From contig CP147779.1 in NCBI GenBank assembly GCA_037308085.1, positions 2,176,001 through 2,240,000 on the forward strand: DNA of 64,000 bases, written 5' to 3'. The translations under genes and the position numbers were made by a program. Positions 19,154 to 29,851 of this stretch are shown here, in pieces. Position 1 is the first letter of the stretch; each line of letters begins with the position of its first letter. The stretch comes from Promethearchaeati archaeon SRVP18_Atabeyarchaeia-1 (GTDB taxonomy: Archaea; Asgardarchaeota; Atabeyarchaeia; Atabeyarchaeales; Atabeyarchaeaceae). The notes beneath the pieces were generated by a model, which was not told the DNA's origin, did no database searches, and saw only the letters and a list, made by a program, of their open reading frames with translations.

Positions 19154-20800
19154 TCATGCTGACTTCTTGGATCCCAGCGAATTCTTTCGCCGCTCCCGGA
19201 TCGTTCCGAGCGCCGATATCGGCAACCCTGCGGCTAGAAACGCCACGAAACCATAAACCGCCACTACCGCACCTGCCGGTACTGGTTCCAGTCTAGGTCC
19301 TGGCCCAGGAATCGTTAAGTTGATCCAGCTTATTAGCAGAGTCTTTGTTCCGTTGCACTCTATCCCAGTGGCTATTAGGATATTGGAAACGTTGTCATAG
19401 GTCCATGAAGATAGACCGAGGACTGTTAAGGGTGAACCCTTGGTTGCGCAGTAGACGTTAAGCGTGCTACTTGTACCGTTGGAGGCGCTCATGGTTACCG
19501 TGATATTATCGTCGGTGAGAATAGGGGGCTTCGTCATATTCGCATTCTGCACCTTGACATAGACCCCGTTTTGGAAGTCCCAGTATTTCATAGGACTGTA
19601 AAGCCAAAAGCTGTCAAATGTGCTTCCCGTGGGGTTCTTGGCCTCCAGGTGCAATGAGCCATTCCTGTAAACGGTTGCCAGGACAAAGTGATACTGGGCG
19701 CTCCCCGTAACGAAATATGATTGCGGATTATCGTAGGCGACTAGGGGTGCGCCCCACCCTCCTGCCGTCACGTACACCGTTCCTAGCCGGTTGGACCATA
19801 CGGGGACACCATTGTTCATGGGCTCGCTGCGGGCATAATTGTGAGTGTGGCCTTGCACGACAAGATCAACATGGTACTTGTCAAAAAGTGGAACCCAGAA
19901 GGCCTGTATGTCAGGTGCCCCTCCGTGCGCCAGGCTAGATTGGTAGACATTGCGATGGAGCATTACAATCTTCCACACATAGGATGGAGTAGAGTTCAGG
20001 ACATTCTCCAGCCATGTTACTTCGTCTCCCGAGACTTGTGATGGGAAGGCCTCATCGTTGAGTACTATGATCCGCAGAGTTGGACCCCAATCGTAGTAGT
20101 ACCATTGCTCATTGCCAGGCAGAGCAAACTGCCCATAATAGTTGGTCGCGTTATTTTCGTGGTTGCCCAGACTTGGGATAATGGGGATTGTGAGACCGTT
20201 GTCGCCTATCCAGTTGTCATTAAGATCTTGGAACCATGGATCCCAGTAAGCCTGATTCCCCCCATCATCTACCATGTCGCCCACGTGCATTACAAAAGAG
20301 GGATTGAAGTGTCTCATCGCTTGGGAAACTTGAGTGCGGGCTGCCACATTTGTTCGAGAGTCTCCGCCGAATACGAAAGTGAAGTCGGTGGCGGCAGCAG
20401 GAGCTGTTCTGAATGAGCGCTCGCCGCTGTAGTTACCTATCCCGCCGCAGACGAAGTAGTACGTGGTGTCTGGGGTCAGGCTGGTGAGTTCGACATCATG
20501 AATGTAGCCCGTGGCACCAGGATAGGTGTGACTGGAGCCTGAAGCCGTCAAGCCGTACTCTGAGGGGTTTCCGCCACGAGGCACCGTGTCATATAGAACC
20601 ATATCTCCAGATGAAGAGTAGGCCGTCTGCCAAGTCACAGTTATGGCAGAAGCGGGGCTGTGTTGGTAGGTTAAGTGTAGGTGTTGAGGATCGTCAGTAC
20701 CAGGACTGGCTCTTGCCATCTGAGCCTGGAAAGACATTACAGTGAAGAGAGCTGCAATTAGGACTATGCAAAGGGCAGATGCCCGAGCACCTCGCTTCAA
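19154..20800 (-). CDS. Secreted purple acid phosphatase-like metallophosphoesterase with FN3-like N-terminal domain and C-terminal TM
   Basis: PQHLHL, GDSR, GDMV, GNHE, GHTHNYAR motifs; signal peptide. Confidence 0.9.
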   Translation of the reverse strand: MKRGARASALCIVLIAALFTVMSFQAQMARASPGTDDPQHLHLTYQHSPASAITVTWQTAYSSSGDMVLYDTVPRGGNPSEYGLTASGSSHTYPGATGYIHDVELTSLTPDTTYYFVCGGIGNYSGERSFRTAPAAATDFTFVFGGDSRTNVAARTQVSQAMRHFNPSFVMHVGDMVDDGGNQAYWDPWFQDLNDNWIGDNGLTIPIIPSLGNHENNATNYYGQFALPGNEQWYYYDWGPTLRIIVLNDEAFPSQVSGDEVTWLENVLNSTPSYVWKIVMLHRNVYQSSLAHGGAPDIQAFWVPLFDKYHVDLVVQGHTHNYARSEPMNNGVPVWSNRLGTVYVTAGGWGAPLVAYDNPQSYFVTGSAQYHFVLATVYRNGSLHLEAKNPTGSTFDSFWLYSPMKYWDFQNGVYVKVQNANMTKPPILTDDNITVTMSASNGTSSTLNVYCATKGSPLTVLGLSSWTYDNVSNILIATGIECNGTKTLLISWINLTIPGPGPRLEPVPAGAVVAVYGFVAFLAAGLPISALGTIRERRKNSLGSKKSA

Positions 20801-20979
20801 CTACCTCAAGCCTCACGTCATAGTATTCCTCTGGAAATAATAAATGTCTTCCTAGAAAGAAAGGAGCTATGAATAACAATCCCACGCCTGCCCAATTGTG
20901 GCTCTTGTGGATCCTGCAGTCGAGATCGCATGGCGACGCCAGAAGACAAAAAAAAGGAAAATTGAGAGTAGCTTATTCT

Positions 20980-22680
20980 TCACGGTTTGCCCGTCTTCTT
21001 CTTCTCTTCTTCTCTGAGAGGTCGCTTCAAGACTTTTCCAACTAGCGTCGTAGGTAGCTCTTTTCTGAATTCTATTTCCTTTGGGATCTTGTATGGGGCC
21101 ATTGACTTCTTAGCGAAATCAATGATGCTCTTCTTAGTTTCATCGTTTTCTGGAACGCCGGGTTTCAAGATTACGAACGCCTTCACAATTTCACTGCTGG
21201 GGTTCTTGGGGTCAGGTATTCCGACTGCTGCAGCCATAGCTACCTGGGGGTGTTCGAACAGCTTGTCATCAACTTCCCGAGGATAAACCTTGAAGCCACT
21301 AACGTCGATCATGTCCTTCTTTCTGTCAACAATGGTGAAGTACCCTTCTTCGTCCATCTTGGCTATGTCTCCTGTGAGCACCCATGGACCAGTCTCACCG
21401 ACGAGTTTGCTCTTCAGTTGGCTCTTTGTTTCCTCGGGCTTGTTCCAGTAGCCCTTCATGACTTGCGGGCCTCTGATGGCAAGTTCTCCTGGTTCGCCAA
21501 CGGGCATTAGCTTTGTTCCTGTCTCTATGTCAACTATTCTGCAATCAGTGTTTGGTATCGGCAGCCCGATTGAGCCTATTTTCCTGGTTTCCTTGTCTGG
21601 GTTTATGTGGGTTACTGGGCAGCACTCTGTCAGGCCGTACCCTTCAAGAATGGAGCCTCCGGTTACGTTTTCAAACTGCTTAATGACTTCTGGAGGCATT
21701 GGAGCTGCGCCAGAGTTGCACATTCTGATCGATTTGAGGTCTTCGTAGTACTTCTCTACACCCTTTGTCTGAAGCAGACGCATGTAGAGTGTTGGAACAC
21801 CTGGGAAGAAACTTGGCTTAGTGCTTTTGATCAATGAGAGTAGTGAGGCAAAGTCTCTTGCGTCAGGATTAAGAGCCATACAGTAGGCCATGCTGACGGA
21901 GGAGTTCATGCAGCAACTCATCCCGTAAATGTGGAATAGCGGTAAGTTGACCATGCATGTTTCTTTTCCTTCCTTTAGATCCCAAATGAACCAGTTTATT
22001 TGCTGCGTGGCATTCGCTACGAGGTTGTAGTGTGTGAGCATGGCGCCCTTCGGCACTCCTGTTGTTCCGCCTGTGTATTGCAGTGCCGCGATGTCTTCCT
22101 TCGGGTTGATCTTCACTCTGGGAGGATTCGGTTGATGGTCTGCTATTAGGTTTACCATCTGGTGAGCTCCTTCTTTTTCCTGAGCTCTCCGCGGTTTCCC
22201 GGGCAGGTAATCGACGAGTGATGCCACTATGACGTGTTTTAGTTGCGTTTCGTTCTTCACGCTGTTGACTATCTGGAGGGGTTGCCCGTCCATCGTGACA
22301 ATTGCGCTTGCCTGCGCGTCGTTCAGCTGGAACTTGACCTCAGGCGCAGTCAGCAAAGCGCTTATACAGGTCACCGCCGCGCCTGCTTTCATGGCTCCGT
22401 AGTACGCAATTATGAATTGGGGGAAGTTCGGTAAGTGTATCGCAACTACATCGCCCTTCTTGATACCCAAGTCTGCGAGAGCTGCCGCAAATCTGTCAAC
22501 GTGATCCTTGAGCTCTCTGTAGGATATCTTGCGCCCCATGAAATAGATCGCATTACTCTCAGGAAACTTCGCCGCCGTCCGGTCAAGCATCTCAGGGAGT
22601 GATATCTCTGGTATGTTCAGTTTCTCGGCTACTCCCTCATGGTAGTGTTTCAACCATGGTTTATCTGCATATGTCACCAA
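20980..22680 (-). CDS. Long-chain fatty acid-CoA ligase, paralog 1
   Basis: YTGGTTGVPKG, EGYGLTE, TGDIA, DRKKDMI, GKVLKR. Confidence 0.95.
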   Translation of the reverse strand: MVTYADKPWLKHYHEGVAEKLNIPEISLPEMLDRTAAKFPESNAIYFMGRKISYRELKDHVDRFAAALADLGIKKGDVVAIHLPNFPQFIIAYYGAMKAGAAVTCISALLTAPEVKFQLNDAQASAIVTMDGQPLQIVNSVKNETQLKHVIVASLVDYLPGKPRRAQEKEGAHQMVNLIADHQPNPPRVKINPKEDIAALQYTGGTTGVPKGAMLTHYNLVANATQQINWFIWDLKEGKETCMVNLPLFHIYGMSCCMNSSVSMAYCMALNPDARDFASLLSLIKSTKPSFFPGVPTLYMRLLQTKGVEKYYEDLKSIRMCNSGAAPMPPEVIKQFENVTGGSILEGYGLTECCPVTHINPDKETRKIGSIGLPIPNTDCRIVDIETGTKLMPVGEPGELAIRGPQVMKGYWNKPEETKSQLKSKLVGETGPWVLTGDIAKMDEEGYFTIVDRKKDMIDVSGFKVYPREVDDKLFEHPQVAMAAAVGIPDPKNPSSEIVKAFVILKPGVPENDETKKSIIDFAKKSMAPYKIPKEIEFRKELPTTLVGKVLKRPLREEEKKKTGKP

Positions 22681-22748
22681 TTCCTATTCCCTCTTTCCCT
22701 CGGTCTAGGACTGTATTCTATTCGACTACCTTATTGATCTCGTATATG

Positions 22749-23010
22749 GGTTCTGTCAAGTCTTCGGTAGGTGACTCGACTGGCTCGCATCGACTTTCAG
22801 GATTGCCTTTCCTTCTGTTCCGGGGGTTCCTGTACCATCGCCTCACCTGCGAGCCCCTTCAGGCCGAACCACAGCCCTGCGTCTGCTTCTACACGGGTTC
22901 TCCTTTCCCCTCCGCCTTCGGCTATAAAGCCACATACCGCGGAGCGGGGAGACTCTTAGGCTCACTATTCCGTTCCCAATATATAAATCAACCACAGACT
23001 TTACAGAGCC
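22749..23010. mobile_element. IS6-like MITE, copy A (262 bp)
   Basis: Imperfect TIRs GGTTCTGTCAAG ... CTTTACAGAGCC; near-identical inverted copy at 29592-29851; no matching TSD at this copy. Confidence 0.85.
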
Positions 23011-23120
23011 GCCTATCCTAGGCTTTAAGAAGAGGGAATAGGTCGCCTGTCTCAGAGAGACGATCACCCAACGACATCAGGCTGGCTCAAAAGAAAAAGG
23101 TGGTATGGTTAGCACGCCAC

Positions 23121-24821
23121 TCATGGCTCTCCTGCTTTCTGCTTCTCTTCTTCCCTAATGTGTCTCTTCAGGACTTTGCCGACCAGGGTTGTTGGTAATT
23201 CTTTTCTGAATTCGATTTCCCTAGGAACCTTATACGGCGCGAGTTTTGTCTTGGCGAATTCGATGATGCTTCTTTTTGTTTCATCGTCCTCAGCAATGCC
23301 TGGCTTTACCACCACGAAGGCTTTGACCCGTTCGCTTCCTGGCGTCTTTGGATCTGGGACTCCGATTGCCGCTGCCATGGCAACAGATGGGTGTTCGAAG
23401 AGCACATCATCAACCTCACGTGGGTAGACTTTGAAGCCACTAACGTCGATCATGTCCTTCTTTCTGTCGACTATGTAGAAGAATCCGTCTTGGTCCATCT
23501 TCGCGATATCGCCAGTAAGCAGCCAGGGACCTAGATCGCCCGCAATCTCTTTTCTCAGCTGGTTCCTTGTCTCCTCAGGTTTATTCCAGTATCCCTTCAT
23601 TACCTGCGGGCCCTTGATCGCTAGCTCACCTGCTTCGCCGACTGGCATGAGTTTCGTTCCGGTTTCAATATCCACAATCCTGCAATCAGTGTCAGCTATC
23701 GGTGGTCCAATTGAGCCAATCTTTCTTCCCTCTTTTGAGGGGCTGATGTGCGTGGCGGGGCAAGTCTCAGTTAGTCCGTAGGCTTCGAGGACAGTTCCTC
23801 CTGTTGTTTGCTCGAATTGCTTCATGACCTCAGGCGGCATAGGCGCTGCACCAGACAAGCAGATCTTGATAGACTTCAAGTCATCGTAGTACTTCTCCAC
23901 ACCTTTGACCTGAAGCAGTCGCATGTATACTGTGGGAACCCCTGGGAAGAAACTGGGCTTCGTGCTTCTTATTATGGAGAGTAGCGAAGGGAGGTCCCTT
24001 GGATCTGGGTTGAGTGCCATGCACCAACCGAAGGCGACTGGAGCATTCATGCAGGCTGTCATAGCATATATGTGGAACAATGGTAAATTGACTACGCCCG
24101 TCTCTTTTCCGAATTCGTAGAACCAGCTGATCCATGAAATTGCCTGTGTTGCATTAGCAACGAGGTTACGGTGTGTGAGCATAGCGCCTTTTGGTATTCC
24201 TGTTGTTCCGCCTGTGTACTGTAGCACTGCGACTTCTTCTTTTGGATCGATCTTGAACTTCGGTGGATTTGGTTGATGGTCTGTTATGAGATTTAGAAAC
24301 TGCTTTGTTCCTTCTTTCTCTGCTGGTCTCCTAGGTTTTCCAGGGAGGTAGTCCATCAAGGCTGTGACAATGACATGTTGTAGTTTGGTTTCGCTTCTGA
24401 TGCTGTTGACTACTTGGAGTGGTGCACCATCCATTGTGACTATGGCTTTCGCCCCAGAGTCGTTCAACTGAAACTTGACCTCTGGTGGGGTGAGGAGCGC
24501 GCTTACGCAAGTCACCCTTGCGCCCGCCTTCAAGGCAGCGTAGTATGCTATGATGAACTGAGGCAGGTTTGGCAAGTGTATTGCGACCACGTCGCCTCTC
24601 TTGATGCCCAACTCTACTAGAGCGGTTGCCAATCGATCTACGTTGTCCTTCAATTCCCTGTAGGGGATCTTTCTTCCCATGAACCAGATCGCATTGTTAT
24701 CTGGAATCTTGGCCGCAGTTCGATCCAACATCTCTGGAATAGAAATCTCAGGAATATCCACATGCGTAGGCACTCCCTCGTGATAGTGCTTCAACCATGG
24801 TTTGTCTGCATATGTCACCAA
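23121..24821 (-). CDS. Long-chain fatty acid-CoA ligase, paralog 2
   Basis: YTGGTTGIPKG, EAYGLTE, TGDIA; same length (566 aa) as paralog 1. Confidence 0.95.
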   Translation of the reverse strand: MVTYADKPWLKHYHEGVPTHVDIPEISIPEMLDRTAAKIPDNNAIWFMGRKIPYRELKDNVDRLATALVELGIKRGDVVAIHLPNLPQFIIAYYAALKAGARVTCVSALLTPPEVKFQLNDSGAKAIVTMDGAPLQVVNSIRSETKLQHVIVTALMDYLPGKPRRPAEKEGTKQFLNLITDHQPNPPKFKIDPKEEVAVLQYTGGTTGIPKGAMLTHRNLVANATQAISWISWFYEFGKETGVVNLPLFHIYAMTACMNAPVAFGWCMALNPDPRDLPSLLSIIRSTKPSFFPGVPTVYMRLLQVKGVEKYYDDLKSIKICLSGAAPMPPEVMKQFEQTTGGTVLEAYGLTETCPATHISPSKEGRKIGSIGPPIADTDCRIVDIETGTKLMPVGEAGELAIKGPQVMKGYWNKPEETRNQLRKEIAGDLGPWLLTGDIAKMDQDGFFYIVDRKKDMIDVSGFKVYPREVDDVLFEHPSVAMAAAIGVPDPKTPGSERVKAFVVVKPGIAEDDETKRSIIEFAKTKLAPYKVPREIEFRKELPTTLVGKVLKRHIREEEKQKAGEP

Positions 24822-25071
24822 TTCTGTCGTACCTCCTTTCCTCCGTTTAGTCTCGAATCTGGATTCTAGCTATCTCCTAAGGATCTCGTCTAGTGGTTAT
24901 TTGTCTTTTCGATGCGAGCACGGTTCTCGGAATTTCTTGGTCTCAATAGCAGCGTGAACAGGGTTTGAGCTATCTCAATCTTGGAGATTTCTTTCAAACA
25001 GTGGCATTGGGCTCGGAACAAGGCGCGGCGGACGTTAGCAATTGATCTTAAATAGACCATCGACTAACTAA

Positions 25072-26811
25072 GTGCTCATGATTCTCCTTAATCCAAAGAA
25101 CCATAGTCGCGAGTACCCTGATGAAAGATCCAGGGGAATTATGCTGAAGACGATTGAATTCTTCGAAAGTAGAGGCAAGACTAGGCTAAAAGAAATGGAT
25201 CATAATAGGGTCTGGTATTCCGATTTTCTCGATTTTGTCAAGAAAGAGGGGATTTTCTCCACGCTTCTGACTCCGTCTGAGTATGCTGAGGTAGGCGATG
25301 GTGATACTCGCTGGGACACGTGGAGAAATTGCGAGTTTAATGAGATACTCGCCTTCTATGGCTTGTGCTACTGGTACACATGGCAGGTCTCTATTCTCGG
25401 CCTCGGTCCGATCTGGATGAGCAAGAATGAGGTAGCCAAGAAGAAAGCCGCGAAACTCCTAAGAGATGGGGCAGTATTCGCTTTCGGCCTCTCCGAGAGG
25501 GAGCATGGCGCAGACATATATTCCACTGAAATGAAGCTCGTACCCCAAGCGGATGGCAGCTATAGGGCCAACGGGGAGAAGTATTACATAGGCAACGCAA
25601 ATGCTGCTCCAATGGTCTCCACTTTCGGAAGAATAACTGATGCTAAGGGAGAAATATCTGGGGTTAAGGACAAGAGCGACTATGTCTTCTTCGTCGCGAA
25701 CTACGGTAACAGGAGCTACGACCTAGTGAAAAACGTCGTAAGTAGCCAGAACTATGTGGGTCAGTATGCGCTCCACGACTATGCAATATCGGCTTCCGAT
25801 ATCCTCTCAAAGGGGGCAGCTGCATGGGATACTGCTCTCAACACGGTCAATATTGGCAAGTTCAACCTTGGATGGGCTTCGGTCGGTATCTGCACCCACG
25901 CTTTCTATGAAGCCCTTAACCATGCTTCAAAACGCAGGCTCTACAACACTTATGTGACCGATTTTCCGCACGTAAGGCAATTCTTCGTTGATGCTTACTG
26001 CCGCCTTGTGGCGATGAAGCTCTTTTCATTGAGAGCCGCGGATTACATGCGCTCCGCTTCGCCAAGTGATAGACGGTACCTCCTCTATAACCCGATTGTG
26101 AAGATGAAGGTAACCACTCAAGGCGAAGAGGTAATAAACCTCCTCTGGGATATCATCGCCGCGAAGGGCTTCGAAGGGGACACTTATTTCGAGATGGCAG
26201 CAAGAGACATTAGGGCACTGCCGAAACTTGAAGGAACAGTCCACGTCAACATGGCGCTCGTCATCAAGTTCATACCGAAGTTCTTCTTCGGTCATGGCGA
26301 ATTCCCTGAGCTGCTGAAGAGAAACGACGCGGCAAACGATGACTTCCTCTTTGCCCAGGGACCAGCGAAGGGTCTGGGTGACATACAGTTCCACGACTAC
26401 AACCTCGCCTACAGAAGCGTTGACCTCCCCAATGTCAATCTGTTCAGGGAACAGATAGAGCTCTTCAAGGAATTCGGTCTCAAGGCACCTCCTTCCCAAA
26501 AACAGTCAACAGATATCGACTTTCTTCTAACAATTGGCGAGCTATTCACCCTAGTAGCTTATGGCCAACTCATCATTGAAAACTCAAAGATCTACAATAT
26601 TGAGGACGATCTTCTCGATCAGATTTTCGACTTCATGGTTCGAGACTTCTCGAAGTTTGCACTCCAGCTTTATTCGAAGCCAAGTAGCTCAAAAACGCAG
26701 ATGGAGTACGCAATGAAGATGATCAAGAGACCTATTGCCGATGAAGCCCGCTTCAGAAGGGTTCTCGACAGGATCTATGAACTAAAAGGCGTCTACGAAA
26801 TGAATCCTTGA
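25072..26811 (+). CDS. Acyl-CoA dehydrogenase
   Basis: AFGLSEREHGAD, GEKYYIGN, LPKLEGT. Confidence 0.9.
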   Translation: MLMILLNPKNHSREYPDERSRGIMLKTIEFFESRGKTRLKEMDHNRVWYSDFLDFVKKEGIFSTLLTPSEYAEVGDGDTRWDTWRNCEFNEILAFYGLCYWYTWQVSILGLGPIWMSKNEVAKKKAAKLLRDGAVFAFGLSEREHGADIYSTEMKLVPQADGSYRANGEKYYIGNANAAPMVSTFGRITDAKGEISGVKDKSDYVFFVANYGNRSYDLVKNVVSSQNYVGQYALHDYAISASDILSKGAAAWDTALNTVNIGKFNLGWASVGICTHAFYEALNHASKRRLYNTYVTDFPHVRQFFVDAYCRLVAMKLFSLRAADYMRSASPSDRRYLLYNPIVKMKVTTQGEEVINLLWDIIAAKGFEGDTYFEMAARDIRALPKLEGTVHVNMALVIKFIPKFFFGHGEFPELLKRNDAANDDFLFAQGPAKGLGDIQFHDYNLAYRSVDLPNVNLFREQIELFKEFGLKAPPSQKQSTDIDFLLTIGELFTLVAYGQLIIENSKIYNIEDDLLDQIFDFMVRDFSKFALQLYSKPSSSKTQMEYAMKMIKRPIADEARFRRVLDRIYELKGVYEMNP

Positions 26812-26872
26812 TCTAGGCTTTGATGGTATCCCTTGTGCGAGGCTATTAGACAAGAGAGTTAGGTAGCCAGTT

Positions 26873-27808
26873 ATGATTGAACCAAGATCAGCGAAGCCAG
26901 ACTATGGAAATTGGGTTTCCAAGAGACTAATCTACGTACCGGGCGCTGCGGGTGTTTTCCTACTCTGCCTATCATTTGCCTTTCTCATACTCACAGTCGG
27001 AACGACCGCCGCGCTCCCTTTCGATCTGTCTTTCATATTCCTAACCTTGATGGTCGGTTCGGTAGGGGTTATTCTTGTTGGCTGGGCTTTCATCTTCCCT
27101 GTATCGATAATTGGCGCAGTTGGTATTCCATTTCTTGTTTCGTCTTTTCTGCTTCCTCCACTGGCATTCGGCGCAACCTTGTTAGTCTCGATGTCCTTCT
27201 ACTTTGCATACGCTCGTCACAAGTTCTCGCCCCGAGGCGGAAAGATACAAACCAAGATCCAAGAACTGGTTCTCCGGAGCCTGGATTGGGATGGAAAGGG
27301 GGAGGCGCTGGACATAGGATGCGGAAATGCACCCCTTACCATAAGGATGGCGAAGAAGTTCTCGGATGCTCGCATTACTGGAACGGATTATTGGGGTGGA
27401 GCCTGGGAGTACTCAAAAGCTGTCTGTGAAAGAAATGCAGAAATTGAAGGCGTAGCCAGCCAAGTGAAGTTCCAGAAAGCTAGCGCCTCCCACTTGCCCT
27501 TTAAGGATGGATTCTTCGACGCGGCAATCAGCAATCTCGTGTTCCACGAGGTTAAGGACACCAAAGACAAGCGGGACGTCATTAGAGAAGCTCTGAGAGT
27601 CGTTAAGAAAGGCGGCAAGTTTGCATTTCAAGACCTGTTCCTCATGAAAAGAGTCTATGGCGAACTCGACGATCTACTTAGGGCAGTTAGAAGTTGGGGG
27701 ATCCAGAAAGTCGAGTTTCTGGACACAAGCCATTCTGACTTCATTCCAAGAGCGCTCAAGCCTCAATTCATGGTTGGCGCAATCGGAATTCTCCACGGAA
27801 AGAAATGA
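26873..27808 (+). CDS. Class I SAM-dependent methyltransferase with hydrophobic N-terminus
   Basis: LDIGCGNA, LPFKDGFFD, SNLVFHEV, RVVKKGG. Confidence 0.9.
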   Translation: MIEPRSAKPDYGNWVSKRLIYVPGAAGVFLLCLSFAFLILTVGTTAALPFDLSFIFLTLMVGSVGVILVGWAFIFPVSIIGAVGIPFLVSSFLLPPLAFGATLLVSMSFYFAYARHKFSPRGGKIQTKIQELVLRSLDWDGKGEALDIGCGNAPLTIRMAKKFSDARITGTDYWGGAWEYSKAVCERNAEIEGVASQVKFQKASASHLPFKDGFFDAAISNLVFHEVKDTKDKRDVIREALRVVKKGGKFAFQDLFLMKRVYGELDDLLRAVRSWGIQKVEFLDTSHSDFIPRALKPQFMVGAIGILHGKK

Positions 27809-27966
27809 CAAAACTGAAGAGGAACCCATCTGCAAAAAGGGAGAGTCTCATGAAAACAGAAGTGGGCATAGGGATTTCGACAATATATTAGTTCTGGAAG
27901 TCTGCTGACTTCTTCTGTTCTCTACTGACTTTCCCTATCCCAAGTGAATCGAATACTTAATGGCTC

Positions 27967-29523
27967 TCAGAATATGTCCTCTGACCTAAACCACGACGGG
28001 TACCATCGATAATGGTCGAGCGGGTAGGCCTTCTTGAGTCCGGCGTAGGTGGCTTTCCCGAGTTCCACCGTCCCCTTCTTGTCCCTGAACAAAGCTACTA
28101 GGTTCTTTTCTTCTAGCTTAAGCAGCGCATTGCTTAGTGTTGCAGTATCCCTCGACCCGAATTCCTCCTTCATGTCGTCAATGGTCATGTACGCGCCTGG
28201 GATGCTTCGATAGTTCTCGGCCAACACCTTCAAGACGTTATCCTCAGTCACCGGCTTTCCGCTGAACTCTGATGGCTTCGTTGACAATACGGGAACCTTC
28301 AGCTCTGGGTGGAACCTCAGCTTTGCCTTGGGTTTCAGGTCCATCTTCATGGACATCAGGTACATTCTATAGATGACGTACTTCTGTATCTCTGTGGTTC
28401 CAGCGATTATCTCGCCGATCTTCGAGTCTCGGAGCAACCGCTCAACCTGGAAGAACTTTGTGCATCCATCGCCGCCCATGATCTGTATGGCGTCAAGCCC
28501 GACATCGCGTGCATACTCGGAGTTTATGAGTTTGGCTATTGATGACTCAATAACGGGCTCCCTCCCCAAGTCAAGCATGTAGGCAGTGTAGAATGATACG
28601 AGTCTAGCTATTTTCAGCCTTGTAATTATGTCAGCGATCTTGAACTGGTTGTTGACAAGCCTATTCGTCCGCTCACCGAACTGAATTCTCCTCTCTGAAT
28701 AGAAGGTGACTATTCTCAGCACGTCCATGATCGGGCCAGTCACAACAGCTGAACCGATAAGCCGCTCATAGTTCAAGCCGCCGGTCATGATCTCCCAGCC
28801 TTGACCTTCCTTGCCTATTCTGTTTGATTCAGGCAGTCTGACTTCATCGAAGTCTAGGACGCCGTTAGGAACATTGTCGAAACCTATCAGCGTATTGATC
28901 TTCTCCAACGAAAAGCCAAGCGTGCCCCTCTCAAGCACAAAGGCGGTCAGGTGGCGGTACGCCTTGACATCCTCGGCTTTGTCGCTTGTCCTGGCGTATA
29001 CGAAGTACCTTCCTGCCACCCCCGCGCCAGTTATGAATCGCTTCTTGCCGTTCAGAACATAGTCGTTTCCTTCCTTGCGGGCTCTGAGCATGACGCTTGC
29101 GGCGTCCGATCCCGCGAAGGGTTCCGTTATGCACAGGGCGCCGAGCACTTCCCCTTTCGCGGTCTGTGTCAACCACTTCTGCCTCTGCTCCTCAGTCCCA
29201 TGTGAAAGAAGCTGGTGTAATCCCGCAAGCATGCTGACGACAAAGACATGCCCGACAGCGTACAGCCGACCCAGCTGCTCAGCGGCTACGCACGCGCCGG
29301 TTGCCCCCAGCTCTAAGCCACCGTATTTCTTTGGAACCCCAACCCCGAAGATGCCTTTCGCTGCAACCTTCCCCATCAGCTCCTTCGGAAACTCCATTTT
29401 CCACCATGATTCCTCAGCTTCCGGGATATGCTCATCAACAAACTTCTCAATATCCGCAGCGAACCTCTTCTGAGCATCTGTCCACCATGGAAAAGTCTCC
29501 ATCTCAGTACCACCACTATGCAA
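27967..29523 (-). CDS. Acyl-CoA dehydrogenase with C-terminal extension
   Basis: CITEPFAGSDA, NGKKRFIT, RIQFG, IQIMGGDG, IIAGTTEIQ. Confidence 0.92.
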   Translation of the reverse strand: MHSGGTEMETFPWWTDAQKRFAADIEKFVDEHIPEAEESWWKMEFPKELMGKVAAKGIFGVGVPKKYGGLELGATGACVAAEQLGRLYAVGHVFVVSMLAGLHQLLSHGTEEQRQKWLTQTAKGEVLGALCITEPFAGSDAASVMLRARKEGNDYVLNGKKRFITGAGVAGRYFVYARTSDKAEDVKAYRHLTAFVLERGTLGFSLEKINTLIGFDNVPNGVLDFDEVRLPESNRIGKEGQGWEIMTGGLNYERLIGSAVVTGPIMDVLRIVTFYSERRIQFGERTNRLVNNQFKIADIITRLKIARLVSFYTAYMLDLGREPVIESSIAKLINSEYARDVGLDAIQIMGGDGCTKFFQVERLLRDSKIGEIIAGTTEIQKYVIYRMYLMSMKMDLKPKAKLRFHPELKVPVLSTKPSEFSGKPVTEDNVLKVLAENYRSIPGAYMTIDDMKEEFGSRDTATLSNALLKLEEKNLVALFRDKKGTVELGKATYAGLKKAYPLDHYRWYPSWFRSEDIF

Positions 29524-29591
29524 TAACCAAGTATGACATTGTTCCTGCGTGAGGTTTAATGCCCACTTATCAGATATACTTTACTTAACTC

Positions 29592-29851
29592 GGCTCTGTG
29601 AAGCCAGTGGTTGATTTATATTGGGAACGGAATATTGATTCCAAGAATCTCCCCGCTCCGCGGTATGTGGCTTTATAGCCGAAGGCGGAGGGGAAAGGAG
29701 AACACGTGTAGAAGCAGGCGCAGGGCTGTGGTTCGGCCTGAAGGGACTCGCAGGTGAGGCGATGGTACAGGAACCCCCGGAACAGAAGGAAAGGCAATCC
29801 TGAAAGTCGATGCGAGCCAGCCAAGCCATCAACCGAAGACTTGGCAGAACC
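29592..29851. mobile_element. IS6-like MITE, copy B (260 bp) with 8-bp target-site duplication
   Basis: TIRs GGCTCTGTGAAG ... CTTGGCAGAACC; CTTAACTC directly repeated at 29584-29591 and 29852-29859. Confidence 0.92.

Noticed and set aside
22599-23067. ORFs here and at 29581-30028 that resemble each other
   Set aside because: The similarity comes from reading through the two MITE copies; no transposase motifs are visible
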